From NCBI RefSeq assembly GCF_046119375.1, contig NW_027362761.1:128526001-128590000 (forward strand): a stretch of DNA of 64,000 nt, written 5' to 3'. Shown here one piece after another: positions 12,630 through 22,779 of this stretch. The notes under the pieces are model-generated. The model saw only the letters and a list, made by a program, of their open reading frames with translations, ran no database searches and was not told the origin of the DNA. The first letter of the stretch is position 1. Every line of letters begins with the position of its first letter. The stretch comes from Phyllobates terribilis. Taxonomy: Eukaryota. The position numbers and the translations under genes were made by a program.

Positions 12630-13164
12630 CAGACTCAAAATATTGAAAATAAAGTTATACTTTTTTCTTTCTTTACATTATTTTATATGTAACTATTAGT
12701 TTAGGGTTAGAAAAGTGTCTAAAATTTACCTACTGTTAATTTACAGGTTTTTTTTCTTTACAAAAGACACTTTAAAAAAAAAAAAAAAAATTGTGACTGT
12801 CATCCCAGAGGGTCCCTGTCTCTCTTCTCTGAGAAGGGAGGGTTTGTGCATGATTTAGTAGTGTCGTGGTTTTTGCAGAGCGCAGATGAGTTTGTCATTG
12901 GCTGCTGCGCTCTGAATAAGCAGCGACCAAGATGACAAAGCTCACTTTATTATACTGAGCGCGTTGTCATCTCGCCCAGTGGGCGCTCAGTGCAGTGGTA
13001 CATGAAAGTCTGTGTATAAAATCCGGTACGGGTGTGTCGTTTTATGGATGCATACAACTTACTGGTTGCATACCCTCATAGGGACCCCTTCATATAGATA
13101 TGCACAAGGTGTGATGATTGATGAAAAGTTCACTCTGTTCTGGACTTTATGAAAAGATTACCAC

Positions 13165-13474
13165 TAGTGATGAGCGAGTATGTTCAGTTAACCCTTTCGG
13201 TGAGTATGCTCGGGCCGAGCTCCGAGTAGTTACAGCTGCTCGATGATATGGTTGAATCGCTCCCGTGTGCATGATTTGCGACTGTTTGACAGCTTTATTA
13301 CATGTAAGGAATGTGTAAGAAATAGACATTCCTCACATGTAATAAAGCTGTCAAACAGTTGCAAATCATGCACAGGGAGCGATCTAACCTCATCACCGAG
13401 CAGCTGTACATACTCGGAGCTCGGCCCGAGCATACTCACCGAAAGGGTTAATAGAACATACTCGCTCAACACTA
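13165..13474. mobile_element. hAT-type fold-back MITE in GEMIN7 intron
   Basis: TAGTGATGAGCG / CGCTCAACACTA TIRs, near-perfect palindrome. Perfect 8-bp TSD ATTACCAC (13157-13164, 13475-13482). Confidence 0.9.
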
Positions 13475-13631
13475 ATTACCACGTGCAGCCCCAGCCCACC
13501 TATGTGTGACTTCATCACAGACCAGGATATTTGGCCCATCTATGATGCTCAGTAATGGAATTATCATCGACATACCAAATATTTCTATTTTTTTCTACTG
13601 TGCTGATGCCATTTTTTTCCTTTTCTCTTAG

Positions 13632-13985
13632 GAACCCCCACTTCTTCCTCAGGTTCGCATCATTCGCCTTCCCCGGCCACCATCACCTTCTAGCCGTGGT
13701 TTTGATCCAGCCTCACCACGAGCTCTGGCACATCGTAGCTCTGATGCCCATCAGAAAATCCGGTCTGATCTTCGCCTACACTTTCTTCGCAGCCTTCTTG
13801 CCTCTGCGGGTCTTCCGGTCACATTCACACTTTACCAGCGTGTCACGGTTTCCGCTGAGCGGTTCAATGCCTGTGACATAGAAGGACATAACTTCCAGGT
13901 GTCTAACCTGCAAACGCCTCTGGGTGTCCAAAAGGAGGCGCTCATCCGTGGGCCGGATATCATTTCTTACTCGTTTCATCTGTAA
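13632..13985 (+). CDS. GEMIN7: GEMIN7-like main coding exon (117 aa + stop), Sm-like fold subunit of the SMN complex
   Basis: Long pyrimidine tract then TTAG acceptor. Open frame EPPLLPQVRIIRLPRPPSPSSRGFDP...LRLHFLRSLLASAGLPVTFTLYQRVTVSAERFNACDIEGHNFQVSNLQTPLGVQKEALIRGPDIISYSFHL*. Aligns with recalled human VLRLPRGP..SRGFAP...LRERYLRSLL...FTLH...NFYVSQLQTPIGVQAEALLRCSDIISYTF. Confidence 0.92.
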   Translation, partial: EPPLLPQVRIIRLPRPPSPSSRGFDPASPRALAHRSSDAHQKIRSDLRLHFLRSLLASAGLPVTFTLYQRVTVSAERFNACDIEGHNFQVSNLQTPLGVQKEALIRGPDIISYSFHL

Positions 13986-14684
13986 GAGACCACCACCTTA
14001 TGTACATCAGCAGAATACTGTGTATGAATGGTGCATTACAATTACATACAGCCAGTCACTAATGTGCGGTGTTTCATTTCAGCTCTATAGGGTAAAGTTC
14101 CAGGTTGTAGGCGCCTATTCCACTGGCACAGACGCATTAGATGGCGCACTTTGGCGAGGTCACACAGACCCGGAGGTGCCTCTGTAAGGAACGTTATTCT
14201 CCATTGGAAAAAATACTACTTCTGCATATTTTTAATGTGTGTGACCCAGATCCCATTTACATCTTAATAGGGTTTTCCATTACTTTGGTATTGACCTTTC
14301 TTTAGGTCATCATTATCAGATTGGTGTGGGTCGATAATCTGGATCAGCTCTGGCTGGATGTGATCAGTGTATGAAGCAGAACAGCTCTGTATAGTGTTTA
14401 GTGGCAGACTACTGCAGATTGGCTCCTACTCTGTATACTGTTCCCAACTGGCCAGAGGTGACCAGAGCGGATTGATGGGAGGTCCATGCGATAACCTTCC
14501 CTAACGATAGGTCATCAGTATCAAAGCAAAGGGCAACACCTTTATATATCAGTCGCGTAAATGACACTGAACATAATTTTCAAAAGAAGAAATGCTTGTT
14601 GATGTGGATATTGGCGTCACATACCCTGCAGTGATTTTTCTAATGTATCCAGCGCTGGTAAGAAGAAGCTGCTTGTAGATCCTA

Positions 14685-14690
14685 AATAAA
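14685..14690 (+). terminator. Candidate GEMIN7 polyadenylation signal AATAAA
   Basis: First canonical hexamer I found downstream of the stop. Not validated. Confidence 0.35.
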
Positions 14691-15711
14691 GCAGCACTGG
14701 ACACATTAGTTAGATGCTCCAAGAGGGAATTAAAGGATTACCAGGATCCGGTGTAAGGGCTATGTAACTAATATCAAGACGCAGGAGCGTGTTATAAATA
14801 ATTAACACTTTGCGATCTAACAGCAATGGGTTAATATTTGTGTGCTAACCCTTTTCATGCTTCTAATGGGCCATGTCCTGATTAAAGGGGTGGTCTAGGC
14901 ATCTAATATTGATTACTTATCTGTAGAATAGATTATAAATATGGGATCAGTGGTGGTCCGATACCCAGCACTCCCATCTGTAATTGGCTCGGGCGGTAAG
15001 ATCTATACATTGAACGCAGATGAACAGCACAGATCCGCTCAATGAGCAGAGTGCTACAGATCGGCTCCTATTCAGCCGCTGGGCATTGAATGGGGTTGTG
15101 CCGATTGGCAAATTGACATCTGGCCAGAGCCGATATCAGCTGATCGGTAGGGGTGCCATGTGTCAAACCGCCACCCTTTGTAATATTGATGACCTATCCT
15201 GAAGCTGTTTCATTAATATTAGATGCATGAACAACCCCTTTCATTTTTTTAAATGGATTAACATATAAAGTAATGCAAGGTTGCTACTACTTGTAGGATA
15301 GTAGACCTGTACTGCCGATTAGGTATTCTACTAGGTACTTTCTCCTCTCAAGTGCAGTGAAAAGCTAATACTTGGTGTATAGATCTCATATACCATACTG
15401 ATATCTAATACAACTACAATATTCTTCTAGAGATAAATATACAAGTGTATTGGAAGACTACATTACACTTCCTATTGGGCCTATGTCCATTCATGCAGGA
15501 CCCGAGTGCTCAGGACCTGGACCTCCTACCAATCTGCAGGACATTTCAGCATCTATGACATATTGAGTAAGTTATAATGTAGGTAGACTGTAAGGCATCA
15601 TCCCTATGCAGGGTGACCGCATACTATTAGTGGGCGAGACTTAAATATTGCATTGCTATGCCATTCATGATTACAAAATAAAAGATTCACAACATACATT
15701 CAGTGCAAAAA

Positions 15712-15717
15712 TTTATT
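15712..15717 (-). terminator. Candidate PLAA polyadenylation signal AATAAA
   Basis: TTTATT on the plus strand about 140 nt after the stop, in an AT-rich 3'UTR. Confidence 0.55.
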
Positions 15718-15857
15718 TAAGTAAATTTATATTTTAAAGACGAGACAAACTTTCAGCATTCAATCCACAGCATTCAGTGTATTCATGGCATGTTATGGTA
15801 AAAAAGAAATAAGCTGCAGGGTTTGCCTTTCCCCATTGGTGGTAATGAGAAAAAAAA

Positions 15858-16423
15858 TTAGAGAGTATTTAAGAGCAACCTGCAACACTCGCTAACTTTG
15901 GCTGGGTCCGTGACAGACATGTATTTCTTAATCTGAGAGTCGACTCCCAGAGACTTGGCTAACTGCACGGCATTGGAGTCTTCACTGATCAGAGTCCCAA
16001 GGGCCACGAGAAGTCTGAACGCAGCTTCAAGGTCGTTCACAACTTCCAGAACTGTACTGATCGCGGACAGACACTGGGCTTTCCCTTCTAAGTCTTCTAC
16101 CCTATGTAAACAGGTGGCATAGTTGAGGATCAGAGTGGCCAGAGCGACGTGGACGTTCTTATTAGAAACAGATTTGAGTTCAATGGATTTTGTTATTAGG
16201 GCGTCTCTTTGTGACATCATAAACTTTGCACCTGCTTCAAGGGAAAAACAATTGCATAGTGTCCGAAGAGCAAGCAGCTGATTGGCCTGTCTGCCCGCCG
16301 GCCGCATTATCTGGAAGAGGTAGTTGGTGAACACTCTCCCTTCTCTCTCGCTGCAGAACATTTCATTGACAGTGGGATTCTTGACAGCTAACCGGAGGAT
16401 ATCCAACACAGGAAAAACTATAT
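15858..16423 (-). CDS. PLAA: PLAA coding exon 14 (566 nt incl. TAA; PUL domain C-terminus)
   Basis: CTCCAG acceptor. [12 protein letters not shown]...[14 protein letters not shown]...[28 protein letters not shown]. Confidence 0.97.
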
Positions 16424-16639
16424 CTGGAGAGGAAAGAAAAGGAGAAGCTATCTTACTTGTATAACCAGTAAAACATGAAAAAAATCTAATATCTGAAACA
16501 CATACTACGGCCTCGTTCAGAAGTCCGTGTTTCCAGTATGTGTCCATTTTCACACGTACTGCAGACACTTACACACATAGACCCGTTCAAATGAATGGAT
16601 CTGAGCACGTCAGTGTGTCCACGGAGACCCACGTCTGTC

Positions 16640-19068
16640 CACATGTCTGCTTTACATCAGCACAACTTTGGAACCAAATTTTTTTTTGTTAGGGCGCTAT
16701 AAAGGTTAAAGTTGACCAGCGATTTCTCATTTTTCCAACAAAATTTACAAAACCATTTTTTTAGGGACCACATCACATTTGAAGTCACTTTGAGGGGTCT
16801 TTATGACAGAAAATACCCAAAAGTGACACCATTCTAAAAACTGCACCCCTCAAGGTGCTCAAAACCACATTCAAGAAGTTTATTAACCCTTCAGGTGCTT
16901 CACAGGAATTTTTGGAATGTGAAAATAAACAATGAACATTTAACTTTTTTTTCACAAAAATGTTACTTTAGACCCAATTTTTTTTTATTTTCGCAGGGGT
17001 AACAGGAAAAAAAAGGACCAAAAAATTTGTTGTGCAATTTTCCCTGAGCACACCGATACATCATATGTGGGGAAAAACCACTGTTTGGGCGCACGGCAGG
17101 GCTCAGAAGGGAAGGAGCGCCATTTGACTTTTTGAATGTAAAATTTGCTTGATCAATTGGCAGACGCCATGTTGTGTTTGGGGAGCCCCTGATATGCCTA
17201 AATAGTGGAAACCCCCCCCACAAGTGACACCATTTTGGAAACTAGACCCCTCAAGGAACTTCTCTAGGTGTGTGGTCCCCGCCCTGCATGTTTTACGGTT
17301 TTTAGACACCCAAAAAAAACGTGGGGATCGCTCGTGCATTGCAGGCAATTCCCGTGTTTTTTTTTGGCTGTATAACAGCCGAGAAACATATGGGGTGGAG
17401 ACTCGGCTCGACTTTTTTTTTTCTTTACTTTTAAAAAAATCCCAACCCTAATCCTAACACAGCCCTAGCCCTAGAGTTTGTTTATTACGCTGTTCCTCGT
17501 GTGGTATAAGTGATTAGACAACTTTATTCTTCGGGTCGGTGCGATTACAGCGATACCAGATTTATATTGGGTTTTTATGTTTAGAAGCTGTCATACACTA
17601 AAAGATGCTTTTTTCGCAAAGACTAGTTTTTCCAGATTTCGGCCGACAGTTATGTAAGGGCTTGTTTTTTTTTTGCGGGACAAGTTGACGTTTTTATTGG
17701 TGCCATTTTCGGGCACGTGACATTTTTAGATCGCTTTCTACTCTGATTTTTGGGAGGCAGAATAAAGAAAAAACAGCAATTCAGGAATTTTTTTACATTT
17801 TTTTTATGTCATTCCACATGTGGTAAAATTGATAAGGTAGCTTTATTCTTCGGGTCAGTACGTTTACAGCGATACCACATTTATATCTTTTTTATGTTTG
17901 GCACTTTTAAATAAAACTTTTTATAATATATAAAATCTATTTATAAAATATTTTTTTTTGCATCGCTTTATTCTGAGAGCTATAACTTATTTTTCGGATG
18001 ATGGAGCTGTATGGTGGCTTGTTTTTTGCGGGACAAGATGACGTTTTCAGCGGTACCATTTTTATTTACATTAGTCTTTTTGATCGCGTTTTATTTGATT
18101 TTTTGTTTGGCGGTATGATAAAGCATCCTTTTTTGCTTAATTTTTTATTTTTTTACTGTGTTCACTAAAGGGGTTAACTAGTGGGAACGTTTTATAGGTC
18201 AGGTCGTTTCGGACGCGGCAATACCAAATATGTGTACTTTTATTGTTTTTTTCATAATATTTATGGGTATAGTATATATATTTTTGTGGTTTTGGATTAT
18301 TTTTTCATTTTTTTTATATTTTTAATTTTTTTTTTCACTTTATACTTTGTCCCACTATGGGACTTTCATTTTTTGCCGGCTGATCGCTTGTATAGCATAG
18401 GGATGCCGTCAGCTCTGCACTGGCACAAGTTAGATAGATTGTGCACTGCGCACGATCTATCCAACTTCCTGATGCCTGGTGACCCGTGGCAACAATCGGG
18501 ACTTTGTGAACACAGCGCGGGGTCTCCGATCCAAGGTAAGAGGGGCGCTCTTACCTCTGCTTGCCCCGGAAATGCTGTGATAGACTTCGATCGCAGCATT
18601 TCGGGGGTTAATGTGCCGGGAGCTGTGCGGGACCGCTCCTGGCACATAGTACTGGGTGTCAGCTGTTAGAATCAGCTGACACCAGGCGGCGATCACGCCT
18701 GCACAACTTTGAATTTTTTTTTCACCACTTAAATATAAAAGAACCTATACATGTTTGGTATCTACGAACTCGTAATGACCTGGAGAATAATGATGGCAGG
18801 TCAGTTTTAGCAATCAGTGAACGTGGTAAAAAAAGGATCCAAAAAACTCTGGAATTGCATTTTTTTTGCAGTTTCACCGCACTTGGAATTTTTTTCCTGT
18901 TTTCCAGCACACGATATTGTAAAACCAGTGATGGCGTTTAAAAGTACAACTCGTCCCGCAAAAAATAAGCCCTCACATGGCCATATTGAACGAAAATTAA
19001 AAAAGTTCTGGCTCTGGGAAGAAGGGGAGCAAAAAATGAAAACACAAAAACACAAGGTCGTTAAGGGG
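16640..19068. mobile_element. Truncated or mosaic piggyBac-like TTAA non-autonomous element
   Basis: Ends AAGGGG + TTAA (19069-19072). About 16640-18700 is the reverse complement of parts of 49680-53420. 18722-19068 is the reverse complement of about 47815-48180. Confidence 0.7.
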
Positions 19069-19200
19069 TTAAACTAAGGCTGAACTTGGGGTGTACTCAT
19101 TTATGCTGAGCACTGTATATATGTGAACAAGTACATCACCAACAGGTTTGCTAGCAACAGACATTTCTGTGCTAGGACAGCTTTACTCCATGGAGCATAC

Positions 19201-19365
19201 CTTCAGGCCATCTGACCGCCCTCCATAGTGTGTCTACTTGTTGAGCGGTGACCGTTTCTCTTGAGGTATTAACAACTAAGGACAGCAGCTTATCCAGTCT
19301 GATTAAGTCATCTTCAGGCATCCTGTATTCCTCAGGAGCGGACTCGTTCAGTTCTTTCATTTTAC
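19201..19365 (-). CDS. PLAA: PLAA coding exon 13 (165 nt)
   Basis: TAG acceptor, GTATGC donor. GKMKELNESAPEEYRMPEDDLIRLDKLLSLV...LWRAVRWPE. Confidence 0.95.
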
Positions 19366-19699
19366 CTATTTGCAATGAAAGACGATTAACCAACACACGG
19401 TAATGATCTACTTAACATTTAAATATGCACACATTTAGACCCATCACAGCAAGCGAGAGGTTAATAATGACAAGAAATATAGTGTAGATGGTGAAGTGTG
19501 AGGGAATGCCTAACCCCTTCCCACCAATCCTGGTTTATACACACTAGAATTATTCAGAGTTCACCAGGAAACCACAGACATCTGCACAGCTAGCTGGACA
19601 TCCCTACTGGACCGTCTACCATAGAAACAATTCATCATTGGTCTTAAAGGAATTGTTCCAACTTGGTAAGAAAGTATCACCTATCTTACTGCTGCTAAT

Positions 19700-20738
19700 G
19701 TTCAATAGACAATGAGTGCAGCTGTAGAGTGCGGCATGGCAATCTGACCATTCACTGCCTGTGAGACTGTCAGACATGGCTGGGATCTGTTCAATAGACA
19801 ATGAGTGCAGCTGTAGAGTGTGGCATGGCAATCTGACCATTCACTGCCTGTGAGACTGTCAGACATGGCTGGGATCTGTTCAATAGACAATGAGTGCAGC
19901 TGTAGAGTGCGGCATGGCAATCTGACCGTTCACTGCCTGTGAGACTGTCAGACATGGCTGGGATCTGTTCAATAGACAATGAGTGCGGCATGGCAATCCG
20001 ACCATTCACTGTGAGACTGTCAGACATGGCTGGGATCTGTTCAATAGACAATGAGTGCAGCTGTAGAGTGCGGCATGGCAATCTGACCATTCACTGCCTG
20101 TGAGACTGTCAGACATGGCTGGGATCTGTTCAATAGACAATGAGTGCAGCTGTAGAGTGCGGCATGGCAATCTGACCGTTCACTGCCTGTGAGACTGTCA
20201 GACATGGCTGGGATCTGTTCAATAGACAATGAGTGCGGCATGGCAATCCGACCATTCACTGTGAGACTGTCAGACATGGCTGGGATCTGTTCAATAGACA
20301 ATGAGTGCAGCTGTAGAGTGTGGCATGGCAATCCGACCACTGCCTGTGAGACTGTCAGACATGGCTGGGATCTGTTCAATAGACAATGAGTGCAGCTGTA
20401 GAGTGCGGCATGGCAATCTGACCATTCACTGCCTGTGAGACTGTCAGACATGGCTGGGATCTGTTCAATAGACAATGAGTGCAGCTGTAGAGTGCGGCAT
20501 GGCAATCTGACCATTCACTTTGAGACTGTCAGACATGGCTGGGATCTGTTCAATAGACAATGAATGCAGCTGTAGAGTGCGGCATGGCAATCTGACCATT
20601 CACTGCCTGTGAGACTGTCAGACATGGCTGGGATCTGTTCAATAGACAATGAGTGCGGCATGGCAATCCGACCATTCACTGTGAGACTGTCAGACATGGC
20701 TGGGATCTGTTCAATAGACAATGAGTGCAGCTGTAGAG
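19700..20738. repeat. Minisatellite, 89-bp unit with 72- and 85-bp deletion variants (about 12 units)
   Basis: TTCAATAGAC recurs at 19701, 19790, 19879, 19968, 20040, 20129, 20218, 20290, 20375, 20464, 20549, 20638, 20710. Confidence 0.95.
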
Positions 20739-20887
20739 ATCTGGCGTGGCCCTTCCATTCAAATGCAGCAATTCAGAGCTGAGTTCTTAGGATCTGTGGG
20801 GGTCCCAAAAGTGGGACTCCTCATGTATGAGCAAGTGGTCACCCTCCTATACTAAGTTTAGACAACCCCAGTAAAAAAAGAAAGCAC

Positions 20888-21423
20888 TTAATGTACTTTG
20901 TTTGTGGGAAAACCCCTTTGAATCAATAGATCTTGGAATAATAATAAGTTCCACAACTGAATGTGTTAAATAAAATGTTCCTGTGCTGAGATAATCTTAT
21001 AAATGTGCCCCTGCTGAGTACTGTGTAGTGGCTGTGTCTGACTGTACAGGAACATGGTCTGATCATACCACAGCTCCTGGACAGGAGAGTAAGTAAAAGA
21101 GTATACAGACAATACAGCATGGGATTGCAAATGATTCTTTTTGTGAGTCAAAACATTTCCCTGCCTGTTTTTAATCAGCTATGACCCCCTGCTGTAATGT
21201 CTGTATACTCTTTTGTTTCCTCCCCTGCCCAGGAGCTGTGTTATGATCAGACCATGTACCTGTACGGTCAGACACAGCCATTACACAGTACACAGCAGGG
21301 GCACATTTATAAGATTATCTCAGCACAGGAACAGTTTATTTAAACACATCAAATTGTGAAAATTATTATTATTCCAAGATCTATTGATTAAAATGTACTT
21401 TGTTCGTGGGAAAACGTATTTAA
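20888..21423. mobile_element. Fold-back T2-type MITE
   Basis: Long inverted arms TCAATAGATCTTGGAATAATAAT / ATTATTATTCCAAGATCTATTGA, TTAA-type ends. Confidence 0.75.
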
Positions 21424-22060
21424 GTGTTTATAAGGGAAATCATATTCGGACAAGCTAGTAACACTGCAATGAGACTGGGGACTTTTATAAAGCAGCTCTC
21501 TCTAAGAATATATTTGTACATTTGGATTTTTTGAAACAATTTATGAAGTCAAAGCCAGAAATGGGCCACAAAAGGTAGATAGATACCTGTAACTAAAAGC
21601 CCAAGACTTTTGCTTCTCTTGAATAAATGTCTGGCTCCTGCCTTCAAGAATGGCATAAAAAACCTGAACGTGCAATCGCACCCTTATGGTGGAATCATTA
21701 ACTGCAGCCATGTTTTCTGATACTTTAGGATAAGCTTTTCAGGAATGAGGCCTAGTAATCATGTTGTCGACATGTGGAAAAGCACTTTAGAAGATATGCC
21801 GCTGCAAGAAACCAGACCTATGACTTATGGCGCAACAGCACATGGTCCTGTATAAAAGGCAAACTTGCACTGTCTGATACTCAGGAACCTGGTGGACCTC
21901 TTAGAAGTCAATAGGATCTTTTGAAAACAGGAACCACTCTGCCTGTGTGAATGAAGCCTTAAACATTAATCATCTGCTTTCCAAAAACATCAAAGCACAA
22001 TTTAAACTGAACCTTGTGCTAACACAAAAATGTGAAATAAGAGTTATTTACTGTACATAC

Positions 22061-22162
22061 CCAAAATTTGTGCCGGGTTTGCTTGATCAAACGTGAGAGG
22101 TTCTTTCCTAGGAAAGTAAGCGTTTGGAATTTGTGCGGCCGCAGATCTGTAGGCATTCCTCC
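22061..22162 (-). CDS. PLAA: PLAA coding exon 12 (102 nt)
   Basis: TTTCAG acceptor, GTATGT donor. [34 protein letters not shown]. Confidence 0.95.
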
Positions 22163-22710
22163 CTGAAAGAAAAGGTAATCCTTATGTAGGCCTTGCTGGG
22201 ACAGAAATGGCAGCGATGTCATCCACAACTTCATGCTGGGAGTAGTTATAATCGCTTTGCAGGATAGGTGATATCTTGTTGATCAGTAGGGGTCTGACCG
22301 CAGGAACCAGTATAGATCGGCAGAATAAGGCAATTTTACCTGTTTGGAATAGAGCGGCACTGCAAATGCTCAACCGCGGCTCCATTCATTCTCTATGGGG
22401 CTGCACTCGGCTTTTCCTGGCACCCCATAGAGAATGAATGTAGTGGCGGTCGTGTCTCTGACCTGCCGCGTCATTTTGTTGCAGGGATAAGTGCCGATCG
22501 GTGCAGATCTCAGCGGGTGGACACCCATCAGTCAGCGCGCTATTACCTATCCTGCTCATGAATAAGTCAGAGATTTGTGAAAATCTTGGTAAAACACAAT
22601 TATTTAGGCTGCATAAAAGATTTCTGTGCGATTGATCTATAAGGGAAAGACTAATATATATAATCTCACTGAAGTGGTCACGATGATACAACACTTTTTC
22701 TAATAATTAC

Positions 22711-22779
22711 CTGTAAATGGATCTCCTGCCCCCGCAGAAGAAAGGCTTGAAGATGAGCCAGGCATGTATCGGCCGCCAC
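22711..22779 (-). CDS. PLAA: PLAA coding exon 11 (69 nt)
   Basis: TACAG acceptor, GTAATT donor. GGGRYMPGSSSSLSSAGAGDPFTG. Confidence 0.93.

Noticed and set aside
13555-14187. ORF-track entries 13555-13881 (+), 13776-13979 (-) and 13924-14187 (+)
   Set aside because: These are alternative frames or the antisense of the GEMIN7 exon, with no recognisable product.
16424-16568. N-terminal 48 aa of the 236-aa ORF
   Set aside because: Intronic read-through upstream of the exon 14 acceptor, partly MITE-like sequence.
19616-20721. Repetitive ORFs such as MVRLPCRTLQLHSLSIEQIPAMSDS...
   Set aside because: Translations of the 89-bp satellite with frame-shifting unit lengths.
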